NCBI GenBank assembly: GCA_977018835.1
Contig: OZ361261.1
Location: forward strand, 1,364,001 to 1,428,000
Source: Minutocellus sp. GHC0000111
Lineage: Eukaryota
DNA: 64,000 nt
Direction: 5' to 3'
Shown here: one piece after another, positions 1 through 10,831 of the stretch
Layout of the letters: every line of letters starts with the position of its first letter
Position numbering within the stretch: position 1 is the stretch's first letter
Position numbers and translations under genes: made by a program
Notes under the pieces: model-generated
Told to the model about the DNA's origin: nothing
The model's input: only the letters and a program-made list of their open reading frames with translations
Databases searched by the model: none

Positions 1-2207
1 CCCTCGATTCTCAGTCCGGGCATGCTGGCCGTCCCCAACCATTCCAACAACGTCGGCACCACCGTCTGCGATACCGATGCGTACAAGATGCTCCACGGCA
101 AGGAGGGTACCAAGTCCGATGCAGAGGGTGCAACTGGTGGTGGCAGTGGTAGTGGTGGTGGTGGTGGTGGTGATACCCACGAGGATCCCTACGAAAAGTA
201 CATCACGGCCGATTCGGTGTTTGCGCATTACATGGGGGTGCAGGGGTACACGCCGGAGTCGCGCACGACCAACCCCCATCGGGGCAGCAGCATCCAACGG
301 ACCGTGGGGGACATGTTCGACAACGACGTTGTGAGCAGCATCAACTTTCCCAACCTGCTGCCAGACTATCTCGGGCGCTAAAGAAGGGCAGTGGCAAGAA
401 CAGTCTTGCGCCTGGCAAAGAGAAAGTGACTGTGACCACTCCTGAAACGACGGCGCCGACAAAAGATGGTCAATCCTCAGCAGCAGGTGCAACCGGCGCC
501 ACTATAACCCCAAGTGATGTGTCCCCCACAAGCGAGACGCCTGCCAAGAGCGAGATGCCCAAGAAGAGTGAAGGATCACCTGCCAAGGTGAAGATGGATG
601 CCATGGATATGCTCAAGTCAACCCTAACCTCCGTCCTCGAGAAGCGCAAGGCGGCGTCAAAGGGTGTTCAGCAGGGAGCCGCAAAACGATTCCGTCCTCT
701 CCAATTCCAGGATATGGTGCCCGTCTCTCTGACATTCCCGTATCCGGAAGAGTACACCAAGGCACGAATCGAATATGCCCGCAAGGTGAAAGAGCGCGAG
801 GATGCCATCGCACAGGATCAGGTAGCCTCGCAATCAGCCGCGGATATCATGGAAAACTACAACCGCGAGAAGGTCAAGTGGGAGGAGAAATTGACGCAGT
901 GGGAGAAGGACAAGGCCGAGCACAAGGAAAAAGTGGCCGCATGGGAAAAGGACCAGATCGAACGCAAGGAGCGGTTGGCGCAGTGGGAGAAGGGTCGGGC
1001 CGAGGTGGAAGCCGCCGCTGCTGCATTGGCCAAAAAATGTACATCGCCCAAGAATAGCGAGTTGTCGCCAAGTAAGGAAACCGATACGCTGGGCAAAGAA
1101 AAGAAGGAAGATGAAGATGCACCAGCAAAATCCAGTGATGAACCACCCGCACCTAATACTCCTGCCACCGACTCAAAAGTCGCCCCATCTGGTGATGACG
1201 ATGATAAGAAGCAGGCCGAAGAAGAACCAGTGCTTGGTCCTCCAAGACCACAGACGCCTCCCCAGCCCACGGAGCCCATCCTACCACCCCTCCCGGCACC
1301 GGTTTCTATCCCTCCCATCCCTGTAAGCCCGAGTCCCCCCAGTTGGATCGACTCCAATGGTACCGAGGGTGAAAGTGCCAAAGCCAAGGGATTTCAACGC
1401 CCATCGCCGGAAACGCTGAAGCGCTACGCCACACATCTAGCTCACCTCGATCCGGCCACCTACTTGTCTACAGTTCCCACCCCAAGAGCCCGGTATGTTG
1501 GTCTGTCATCGAATTCCATCGCCGATGCCAATTTCGTTGGGCCTGCAGCTCACGGCATTGCTGGTATCGGTCTTGGACTTGGCTCTGGATTGAGCACGGC
1601 CTACACCGGAGCCTCAGGAGGCCAGGGCGGTGGCGGTCTCCACTCCAGCAGTTACTACGAGGGTCTCAAGCGCTTTGCGGACCATATGGGCTATTCGGAT
1701 GTCAGTAAAGTGTCTCCTGCAAAGAAGAAGAAGAGCAGTAGTAGCAGTGGCAGCAGTCCAAACGACGCGAATAAGGAGAAGGGCAAAGAAGGAAAGCCAA
1801 AATTGCCAAAGATCAAGCTCAAGATGCCCTCGCTGCCTCCCGGGCCAAAGGGGGAAGGCATTTCGAGTTCGGAACTCAAAAGTCTGTTCGAAACAGGCGG
1901 GCAAGCTGCAGAGGACATGCGAGTGACTATCATCAAGGCGACCATTTATGCCGCGCGCGTCGGAGAAGCTGCCGGCGACAAATTTGTTGGCAGCGATGGC
2001 AGGGTTTACGATGGCGTTGGGAAAGCCTTTAGCAATTTTGCCGGAATCAAGCCTTGCGAGCGTTGTAGGAAGAGTAAGCAAGGTGCCTTGATGTGCCGAG
2101 TTCGAAGAAAGCACAAGGATGAAGACTACGACGGAGGGAAATCTGCGGGCGAGCTCCAGCAATATTTCAAGGCAGACTTAAAGACTTTGATCCGAAAGGA
2201 GTCGTAA
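1..2207 (+). CDS. Hypothetical low-complexity/coiled-coil nuclear protein, probably 5'-truncated by the window; ORFs 22-381 and 426-2207 are joined by a 1-nt frameshift near 370
   Basis: Adding one C at tatctc[c]gggcgcta gives a continuous ...PDYLRALKKGSGK... into the 593-aa ORF. Lys-rich NLS-like runs and a C-terminal CxxC...C...H motif. Confidence 0.6.
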
Positions 2208-2287
2208 TTTAGTAAGCCGATAATAACATAGCAACTTCTTTGAACAAAATTGTACCTAATAGCAGGCATAGTCATTTATTCATTTGC

Positions 2288-3820
2288 TCATAACGCTAAT
2301 AAGTGTCGCCTGCCCTTTTCGCAAGGGTCGTGTCCCCAGTCATCCATAAGCTTTACAAACTCCTCCCGGCTTGATACAAATACATCTTCACTTTCAATAA
2401 AGTACTCTGTGATCCATTTGGCAGCTTCCTTTCCAATTTTCACCAGCTCTTTCCGTACATCATCGTGTTCCTCATCACAAATATGGATGAGATGCTTCAC
2501 TGCTTCCTTGTTGGAGAATTCGGCATACTTGTCCGCCGGTGGTACGTACGGTTGCAGATCCGTCAGAGGCTTATTCAACCCCAAAAAGTCATGAACATCC
2601 TTTGTAAAATTCTGAGCCGACGGATGGTTGTAAATGATTTGTCGCTGCTCCATGATGAACACCTTGTTGGGCATCGGATCGATGCTCATATCATGCTGTA
2701 GGAGGGCCTTCTCGTCCTTGGCTTTCATTGGTGTTTTGCCCAGACGAGACAATGCCCAATGAAAATGCGCCCGGACGGTGCACACATCCATCTTCCCCGA
2801 CGGACAGGACGTCATACACTTGGGTTTGTAAGGGTATCCCGGCTCGCATTCACCAATCAATTTGGTTGTCGGCCTTGCCACCATATGCGGGAAGTGATGA
2901 TACTGCCGAAAGTTGAAGAAGGATTCGAACCACTTGACGGGATGACGGAGCGAGATGATAAACTTGGTCTGAGGAAAGTATTGGGCATACCGACCCAGCG
3001 ACCCTTCAATTTCCATTTCGGCGGGATTCTTCACCCCGTACAACCGCTTGGTCCCCTCGGCCACGTCGGCCTCGTGCGTCTTGTACATCATCTTGACCAT
3101 CTTGGCCGGCCCGTCCGGCTTGCGCATAAAGTGCACTTCGCCCTGATTGACCCACAGTTCCCCGCTGGACCGACCATTCTTGCGCAGATAATTCATCATC
3201 CACGTCGTGCCGCATTTGGCAAATCCGGTAATGGCAAAGTGCAACATCCACGATACGTCGGTATGGACGTTGGTGCCGTCGGTAAGACTTGACAGGGAGG
3301 GGAATTTCGTCTCATGACGGCTGCTGGTCGGTCTCTGAGCAATCTCATCTGGTGCCTTGGCGCGGTTGCCATCGCGATCGTCCTGGCTGTTGCTGTTGCG
3401 GCTGGGCGTATCGTCTTGGTTGGGATTGGGCCGGTCGTCATCGTTGCCGAAATCGTCGTCATCGTCATTGTTGTCGAAGCTTTCCTTGTTGTCATCATTG
3501 TCATTATCATCTGCTCGACCGGACGCATCCTTCCAGTCTCAATCTTTCTTGCCATCTTTGGCCGGAGGTATTTTGTTCTTTAAATTCTTGGAACTTTTGC
3601 CCTTGGAACTCCCACGCTTGACACCGCTGGAATCCTTCTTTTTGCCTCCTCCTCTGGAACCGGCGACAGCAGAAGCATTGTCCGACGAGGAGGATGAATC
3701 CGAGGCAAATTTGATTCCCACAAAGGCTAGCGCAAGGAACACGGCCAATGCCTTGTAAAATTTTGACCGATTGGAAACACCGGCTGGTTGGAGCGGTTTG
3801 CTATTGTTGTAGTTGTACAT
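2288..3820 (-). CDS. Type II membrane sulfotransferase (P-loop, PAPS-binding); contains one in-frame TGA at 3541-3539
   Basis: 5'-PSB motif GFAKCGTT and 3'-PB motif LRHPVKWFES. N-terminal TM helix in ORF 3539-3820, which is in the same frame as ORF 2288-3247 with an open Asp-rich stem between them. Confidence 0.75.
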
Positions 3821-4229
3821 TTGTGTCTTGGCTGTTGTTTGATATGCGGTTCGTTGTGGTGCTTACTGTTCCAATAACAGCTCGAGAGGACCAATGCCAA
3901 TGCTTTGAGTTGAGAGAGATGAAAGCTGGCTGGCGGGACCCCAAATTTTAGAGGGCACAAGTGTAAGTTGTGACCGGTACAAATCTCTTGCAAGACGATG
4001 CCTTAGCTCTCCCTCTTCCACACGCTCCTGCACCCCTTTCGAGAGCACTGCCGTGGAAGAATTGCCTGCCTTGGGCGTGTGGAACTGCTTTGGTGTGATT
4101 TCACTTGGTGCGCGTTGTTTTTTGTTGTTGGCGGAATCGAATCGGAAAATTTGGGAGAAATTCGGTCTGTCCGTCGCTCTTCCAATTTGCTGCTCCGTAC
4201 CCTCATGCATCATTCTTTTGTTGCCCTCC

Positions 4230-5855
4230 ATGGCGGCCCGCTCCTGCTACCGGCAACACCATCGGCGACGGCGCTATGCCTTGGCCTCTCTCACCTCTCT
4301 AGTGCTCGCCGAGGGAAATCATTGTGCAGCCTCGGGTCAGCGGCGAACATTTCGCCCTGGCAGCAGCGCTGCATTCGCCTACAATCCATCTCCATTTGCG
4401 CAGTCGTCATCACGTGTTGCACCAGCAGTGCGGTTTTCCCGTTCTGCTAGCGCACTTTGCTCGACCTCTACCAGTATTCCAACCCCAGCAACTCATTCTA
4501 CTCGTGCAGTATCAGCATCAGCAGAAATAGATGCGCTCACCAAGCACAAGGCCCTGTGGGATGAGTCCGAACCACTGTCCAAGGCACGGCGGAAACTCCA
4601 GCGACGGCATCGGTCCCTGTTTCAGCCCACCGACGACGCTGACCTGGCCCTGTTCAATGAGTTTTGTACCGTCCTCTGCGATACTGGCGTGATGCCTCGA
4701 AAGGAGATATTCGAAACGTGGTCGGCGGCACTGTACATACATGAGACATTTGGCCATGAAGTGCGGAGGGTGTGCGATGTAGCCGCTGGGCATTCGTTGT
4801 TGGCGTGGGCTCTACTCGTGCTGGACGATCATTCCAGTAATGACAAAGATAAAAATTCACTCACAGTCCTTTGCGTCGATCGAAGGATGCCGCCATCTGC
4901 CGAGGCGATACGGGTGGCCATGCTTGAAAAATGGCCACATCTGGAGGAACGATTTGATTTCGTCGAGGGCAGCCTGGAGCAAATGCAGCCCCATCCAAGC
5001 TGTTTGCTCGCAAGTGTCCATGCATGTGGAGGTCTCTCCGATATTCTCATCGCATCGGCCGGATCATCCAAGTCTCCGATTGCATTGGTGCCGTGCTGCC
5101 ATACTCGCAAGAAGAAGGCTCTCTTGGGTGCGTCTGATTTTGCGAGGAAGGAGTACGATGCCATCATCCAGGCCGAGGAGGTGAAGGATTTGACAACGAT
5201 GCTCGACGAGGCCAGAGAAGCGGCGCTGAGAAATGCTGGGTTTGACATCTGCACGCAGTATCTCCCAAAGAGATTCACGTTGAAGAATAGAGTTATCATG
5301 GAAATGCCGAGAAATGGCAATCCACCTGATATCGCATCCACCAACGATGACACCGTGATGGCACCTGGACGAATGCCACCGATAGAAATCGACATGTCTC
5401 TGGCCAAGGCAAACTTTCTCAGCAGATTTACAATACCCTGCGAAGATAGTGACGACGCAAGGCTGGTGATCAAAAAATTATCTGGCAAGGCAAACGCTGA
5501 TCGGCGCAAGAAATCCCTCCATCGCAAGGGCAATGCAGAGACGCCGACTTATGATATTTCCTTTTGGTTGCCTGCTTCTGAAGGTGATGCAAAGACACAA
5601 CAGCAGTGGGAGGAATCGCTATCGAAGTTTGCAAGCTCGATCCGAACAAACATTGCTTGCGAAGCGAAGCAAATTGGGGACGAATTTGTCAACTCAGCAG
5701 GAAGACGGGCGAGGGCATTTCGAATGAGCTATCAGTATGAAAATGAAAATGAAAAGGAAGGCGACGACGAGCTGACAAACGAAAAAGCCAAGACAATTCA
5801 CAGGGAGGTCTATGCGACTTTGCCAAGCGAATTTCCAGGGGCTGAGTGTCGGTGA
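4230..5855 (+). CDS. Organelle-targeted SAM-dependent methyltransferase-like protein with a C-terminal FDX-ACB-like domain
   Basis: Motif I-like VCDVAAGHSLL, SVHACG and LVPCCH. C-terminus YDISFW...DEF...FRMSY...LTNE...ECR* resembles a ferredoxin-fold anticodon-binding domain. Ser/Ala-rich presequence with AAFAY. Confidence 0.6.
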   Translation: MAARSCYRQHHRRRRYALASLTSLVLAEGNHCAASGQRRTFRPGSSAAFAYNPSPFAQSSSRVAPAVRFSRSASALCSTSTSIPTPATHSTRAVSASAEIDALTKHKALWDESEPLSKARRKLQRRHRSLFQPTDDADLALFNEFCTVLCDTGVMPRKEIFETWSAALYIHETFGHEVRRVCDVAAGHSLLAWALLVLDDHSSNDKDKNSLTVLCVDRRMPPSAEAIRVAMLEKWPHLEERFDFVEGSLEQMQPHPSCLLASVHACGGLSDILIASAGSSKSPIALVPCCHTRKKKALLGASDFARKEYDAIIQAEEVKDLTTMLDEAREAALRNAGFDICTQYLPKRFTLKNRVIMEMPRNGNPPDIASTNDDTVMAPGRMPPIEIDMSLAKANFLSRFTIPCEDSDDARLVIKKLSGKANADRRKKSLHRKGNAETPTYDISFWLPASEGDAKTQQQWEESLSKFASSIRTNIACEAKQIGDEFVNSAGRRARAFRMSYQYENENEKEGDDELTNEKAKTIHREVYATLPSEFPGAECR

Positions 5856-6254
5856 TTTATCTACTAGTATACATTTAGTTGCATTGTAGGATACGATGAT
5901 GCACGATGCAATCAATAGATCTCTAGATCTAGATCTACCAGTAGATCTCTAGAGTCAATACTGTACACGTAACTTCCATTTTTCTGGGAGCCGGGCGGGT
6001 TCGCACACGTGGTTCGCATGAGTGGCGGGTTCGCACCTTTCTGCGCTGACTCAGCCAGCCAGGCTTCACTCCACACCACGTAATTTTTGAGTGCCGCGAC
6101 GGAACTCAAGCGATCGACCTGGAATCGCATCGAAGCGACGCAAGAGCACAGAGTGGTCTTGGATATATACTAGTATATACTCATTGCAGCTCCTTTCATT
6201 TCTCGAGTCGGCTACTACGTAGCTAGGCACAAACTGCCTACTTTACCAGCCATC

Positions 6255-8793
6255 ATGTACCTCGCCGCCGCTGCTTCTGCTCTGCTGCTGCTGCCCTTCG
6301 CAGGAGCCGCCGCTGCCGCCGCGAATGGCGATCCAAGTACTAGTAGTAGGCCTATTACCACCGGCGCAACTGCTTCTAGTAGATTCACTCTGCCCCCTCA
6401 CCACCCCCCGCTCCAGCACCAGGAGCTCGTCCGGCAGTTCGCCGGCACGCTCCAGTGCCCGTACGCGGCCGAGTGGCTCACCAAGGGCCCCGAGCGGGCG
6501 TCCCGCGATCTGGCCGAACGCCACGGCGCAAGTGGCAGCCGTCGCCGTCGCAGCTTGGCGACGGCCAACGAGGTCGATGTCGACGCCGGCACGTCGATGC
6601 CGCCGATGCCGACCGCCCTCTCCGGATCGTGCGCGTATCCCAACCAGTGGACCGGGGGCGAATCCTGCGTGGAGTACCGCGGCGCGGGTTGGGCGGAAGC
6701 GGACATGGTCGCATCGTGCGCTGCCCAGCCCGGAGGCGGCGGGACGCTGTCGGTCGGGTCCGAGGCCTCGCGCTACTGTCCCCTCCCCGCCGGGGGGCGA
6801 CTCGCCGGCTGGTGCGTCAAGCGCAAGGAGGGGACGGTGGGTGCTGACACGACGATGGTCGAGGCCACGTCCATGGCGCTCACCGGGGGTATGGGCTGCG
6901 AGGCGGTCGGAGGTGCCTGCACGTCGTTTGCCGGCGGCGATGCCTTCGTTCTCGACGGGGCATGCAAGAAGTCGAATACTGCCACGAAGGATGAGGAGGG
7001 TGCTGTAACGGGCATGGACGAAATGTTCCAACCGCCTCCGTCCGAATCGTGGGGCGGAGGTGGAGGCGCAGGCGTTGGCGAGAAAAACGGTGATGCAAAC
7101 ACCTGCCAGATCGCTCCAGGACCAGCAGGGGCGGCCCACCAGGCGCCCTTCTCCTCCGGATATCGCACCGACTGCGCGGGAACACCCTCCGAATCTTCCC
7201 CGTACCAGTGGCCCCTCCGCTGGACGGCCGAGGTCGAGATGAAGTCCCTGTCGTACGAGTCCGATACCATCACCTACCTCAGCCAGAGCCGGGTTTGGTA
7301 CCGTCTCGACAAAAACTGGAAGCGGATGGACAACTACCGCCAGAAGGGGGTGGTGCCGTTCTTTTCTCGAAGCACCGAGGACGAGGACTTTGTCGACCGG
7401 ACCGAGCGCAACACCATGATCCACCGTGGGGGCAAGATGTATTTCATCACCTACCACAACGACACAGACAGCAGTACCTGCAGTACCAGTATCGGCACTA
7501 CTGCAGCCAACCCAAACGACGACGTGGCCAACATCAAGACATGCAGCTGGCTCGACCTGGCCATCGTGGGCAACATCCGACCGGACTGGTTCCTCGATGC
7601 CCGGGGAGGTGCCACCGACGCGCAGTATCTCGGAAATCAGCACGTGTACTACCCCGGATCCGGCGGCAGCGCCGCCATCGACGGAAATGGGAACCTCGAA
7701 ATTCTCACCGAGGCATCGCCCCGTCTGGTCAAGCAGTGGCGCAAGACCGACTTTGCCAACCAATACTTTACGCAATCCACCAAGGTCCACGTCGGTGACG
7801 ACGGGGTTCACTGGCCACTCATCCTCAACGTCCCCGGAGAGGGATTAGGTGACGATCTCTTGCAGTACTATCAGAACCACGAGCTGCTCGACGAGGATTT
7901 TGTCGATCCCTTCCTTCTCGACGAGGCGTTCATCAAGGCCGGCGGAGAGTGTACCAACATGCGAGAAGGTCAGGAGGGAGGCGGTGGACCTCCGCAGATG
8001 GAGTACGTGCCGAGCAACTTGGAGAAGGACGAAAATGCCTGTGTGAGCAATGTCTGGACGGGAAGTCCGGTGTGGGAAGGACCTGCCAGGGACAATGAAA
8101 GCTTTGCCGCAGATGTCGCATCTGCCATTGTCGGCGAGCTGGCCACAACCGACGCCAGTCCGTCCACAAAAGTGACGTCGTGCTACAACGACGATACCAA
8201 AGCTGTTGAATTGTCCATCACATACTCCGACCTGTCCCCTTCTTCGGATGGGTCCCTGCCCTGGCTTGGCCTTTCCTTTCGCAAGGATGAAGAGTGTGTC
8301 ATGACGCCACGCGATGGTAGCGACGCTGAGGTAGCACTCGTTCTGACCGATGAATTCGGCGCCTTGGTTCCCACCCATTTCCTTATGTCTTCCACAACTA
8401 AGAGCGGTGGAATGAGCGTCAGCTCTGGGAGGAATGGCGCGCCTTCCTTTCTTCCCTTGGAAGAGGTCGAAGAATACAGTGATGTGAGTGTCTCGCATTC
8501 TGAGAACAAGGGCTCGGTGACTCTTGCATTCTCCAAAGCCGCCGAGTCCGCACCTGAGATTATGCACCTCACTTATGCAATTGGGTTGACTGGTACTTTT
8601 GGATATCACAACGTTCGTACATGCTTCGACGTCGAAAATTTCCCCTCGTGTCCAACGGAGACGAAATCAAGCGTGAGAGACACTTCAATTGGCAATGCTC
8701 CGTCGTTTGATAGCTCCAGTGGTTATTCCACCTCTTTCTGTTTTTGCAGTAACTACCGTTGCTGTGATTTCTGGCATTTTTGGACTCTTCTAG
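6255..8793 (+). CDS. Secreted, probably GPI-anchored Cys-rich protein (ependymin-related-like middle, DOMON-like C-terminal domain)
   Basis: Signal peptide MYLAAAASALLLLPFAG; RPDWF...YLG motifs; WLGLSF/YAIG...GYH DOMON-like motifs. A frameshift near 8735 leads to the hydrophobic tail SVFAVTTVAVISGIFGLF* (TAG 8791-8793). Confidence 0.6.
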
Positions 8794-9000
8794 CTAGCCA
8801 GAGAGATCGACATATTTTTTTCTTTTGCCTGCATTCTCTGCCGGGAGCGAAGATGAAGCCAACTAACTGCTGTTGGTTCATTATTGTACATAAAAGTTAC
8901 CGGTGAGGAGGATGGCCGATGAAAGACCTTTTTTTTATATAGATCTAGTCTAGATCTAGCAAGATCTAAGATCTACCGGTACCGGCACACACACGACGAA

Positions 9001-9060
9001 GATGCCAGGACAATTCATAGGCAGATATAGGCGACTTTGTAGGGGCTGAGTGTCGGTGAT
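9001..9060 (+). pseudogene. Degenerate copy of the 3' end of the 4230-5855 gene
   Basis: gccaggacaattcataggcagatataggcgactttg..aggggctgagtgtcggtgat matches 5788-5856 gccaagacaattcacagggaggtctatgcgactttg...aggggctgagtgtcggtgat. Confidence 0.75.
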
Positions 9061-9274
9061 GTACTGGAGTAGCATTAATTTTAACATCGATCAATACAGC
9101 TGTACATGTAGTTTGGTTGGTTGGGAGCTTCAACCCAAAGAAAGAAGACATGTGAATCTTCGTGAAGCACATAACGACAATACCGATGTCCTTATTCATA
9201 AGCGGGAATGATTGCTCTGAGTCCCGCCATAGCCAGTCCCAAACCGCGCCGCCGTTCATTTTTCACTTTCCACG

Positions 9275-10760
9275 ATGGCGTATCACCAGAACACTCCCTT
9301 AGCGACTGCGGTCCCAATTCCAGCCTCAGAGGCCGCTGGAGAGTATAGTCTCAGCCGAAAGTCTACCGATGTCGACGAATCAATGATCAGGGCTTTAAAG
9401 GGCCAAGGTTATACAAGAGGTAAGTCGACAAATCGGCGAATGACGTGGAACTGCTTCCATATCTTTCCTTCTTGTTCTCAATCCTACTTATGCCGCTTTC
9501 ATTCTCTACAATCCATCAGGCCTGGCAAAGTCGCTGGCGCAGAACAATGCAACATTTCCATTGAGAATATGGGTGGTAGATAATAGGTGAGATTTCTGAT
9601 ATGGTTGAGGCCCAAGATTCGGGATCTTTTGTTCGACATCCTGTACCAGTAGACATGTCTCCTGACTCCTGACCCAGATGTGGGCAGACTGAACGATGAA
9701 TGGCCACCAAATTCCTACCACGCATTATCCCCTCTCTGCCCATCGACGAATAGAGGTGTCTAAGCAATTTTCATGTGCTAACGCCATATTTCTCTCCTTC
9801 TTCCTATCGGAACTCTCTCGTAACAGTGGGTCAATGCAACAGACCGATGGACACAAGATCATATCCACTCTCAAGAAGGAGCATGTCAAGATTGTTCCAT
9901 GCAGTCGCTGGGAGGAGATTCGAGAGTGTGTAAACTATCACATTCAAATGGCAGCCCTTTTGCAGGCGCCCACTGCATTCCGATTGCTGAATCATCCTGG
10001 TGCCGGCGCCGGAAGTCAAATGTTTAGTATTGCCGAGGCCGATGCTGCATCGATCCCCTCGGAAGTAGAGAAAGCCATGAGTATCATGCAGAGGGCCCGT
10101 CCAGGTGGCGTCACTCCTCTCAACTCGCACATTCTTTCGATACATCAGTCGGTCAATGCCATTGTGCCTCAGTTGCGTGCGGAAGGGAAGAAGGTGGCCA
10201 TAATTCTAGCAACAGATGGGCTTCCAACCAATGAGCAGGGGTTGTACAATGATTATGTGAGGGAGCAATTCATATCATCTCTGAGACTTCTGGAGGGATT
10301 GCCAGTATGGGTGGTCATTCGGCTCTGCACAGATGAAAACGAAGTTGTTTCGTTCTACAATGACCTTGATGAGCAACTGGAGTTGTCGTTGGAAGTGTTG
10401 GACGATTTCTGTGGCGAAGCGGAAGAAGTCTATGAACACAATCCTTGGTTGAATTACAGTTTGCCGCTCCATAGAATTCGGGAGATGGGCTATCACGATC
10501 GGCTGTTCGACATGCTCGATGAGAGGCAGTTTACCAAATCGGAACTTCGAGAGTTTTGCTGCCTCATGTTTGGTTTCGATCAAATGGATTCGGTTCCCGA
10601 TGCGGATGCCGACTGGCCGGGGTTTCTGCAGGCGATGGATCGGCTTGTTAATGCAGAGGAGCTTCAGTATGATCCAATGAAGAAGAAGCCCAAGCCAGTC
10701 GTTTGCACCAAGACTCTCAACAAAATGTATGGAGACGGATCTGCCTGCACAATAATGTGA
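9275..10760 (+). CDS. von Willebrand factor A (VWA) domain protein with a C-terminal CaaX box; 3 exons (~9275-9419, 9520-9586, 9827-10760)
   Basis: Splicing at GT-AG sites rebuilds the MIDAS motif WVVDNSGSM. Also TPL and ILATDGLP motifs; ends CTIM*. Confidence 0.85.
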
Positions 10761-10831
10761 TTATATGTAATTTTTAATTATTTAGTATCAGCTTTTCATA
10801 GTGCGCTTTATATCTTATCAATAGCTTAGCA

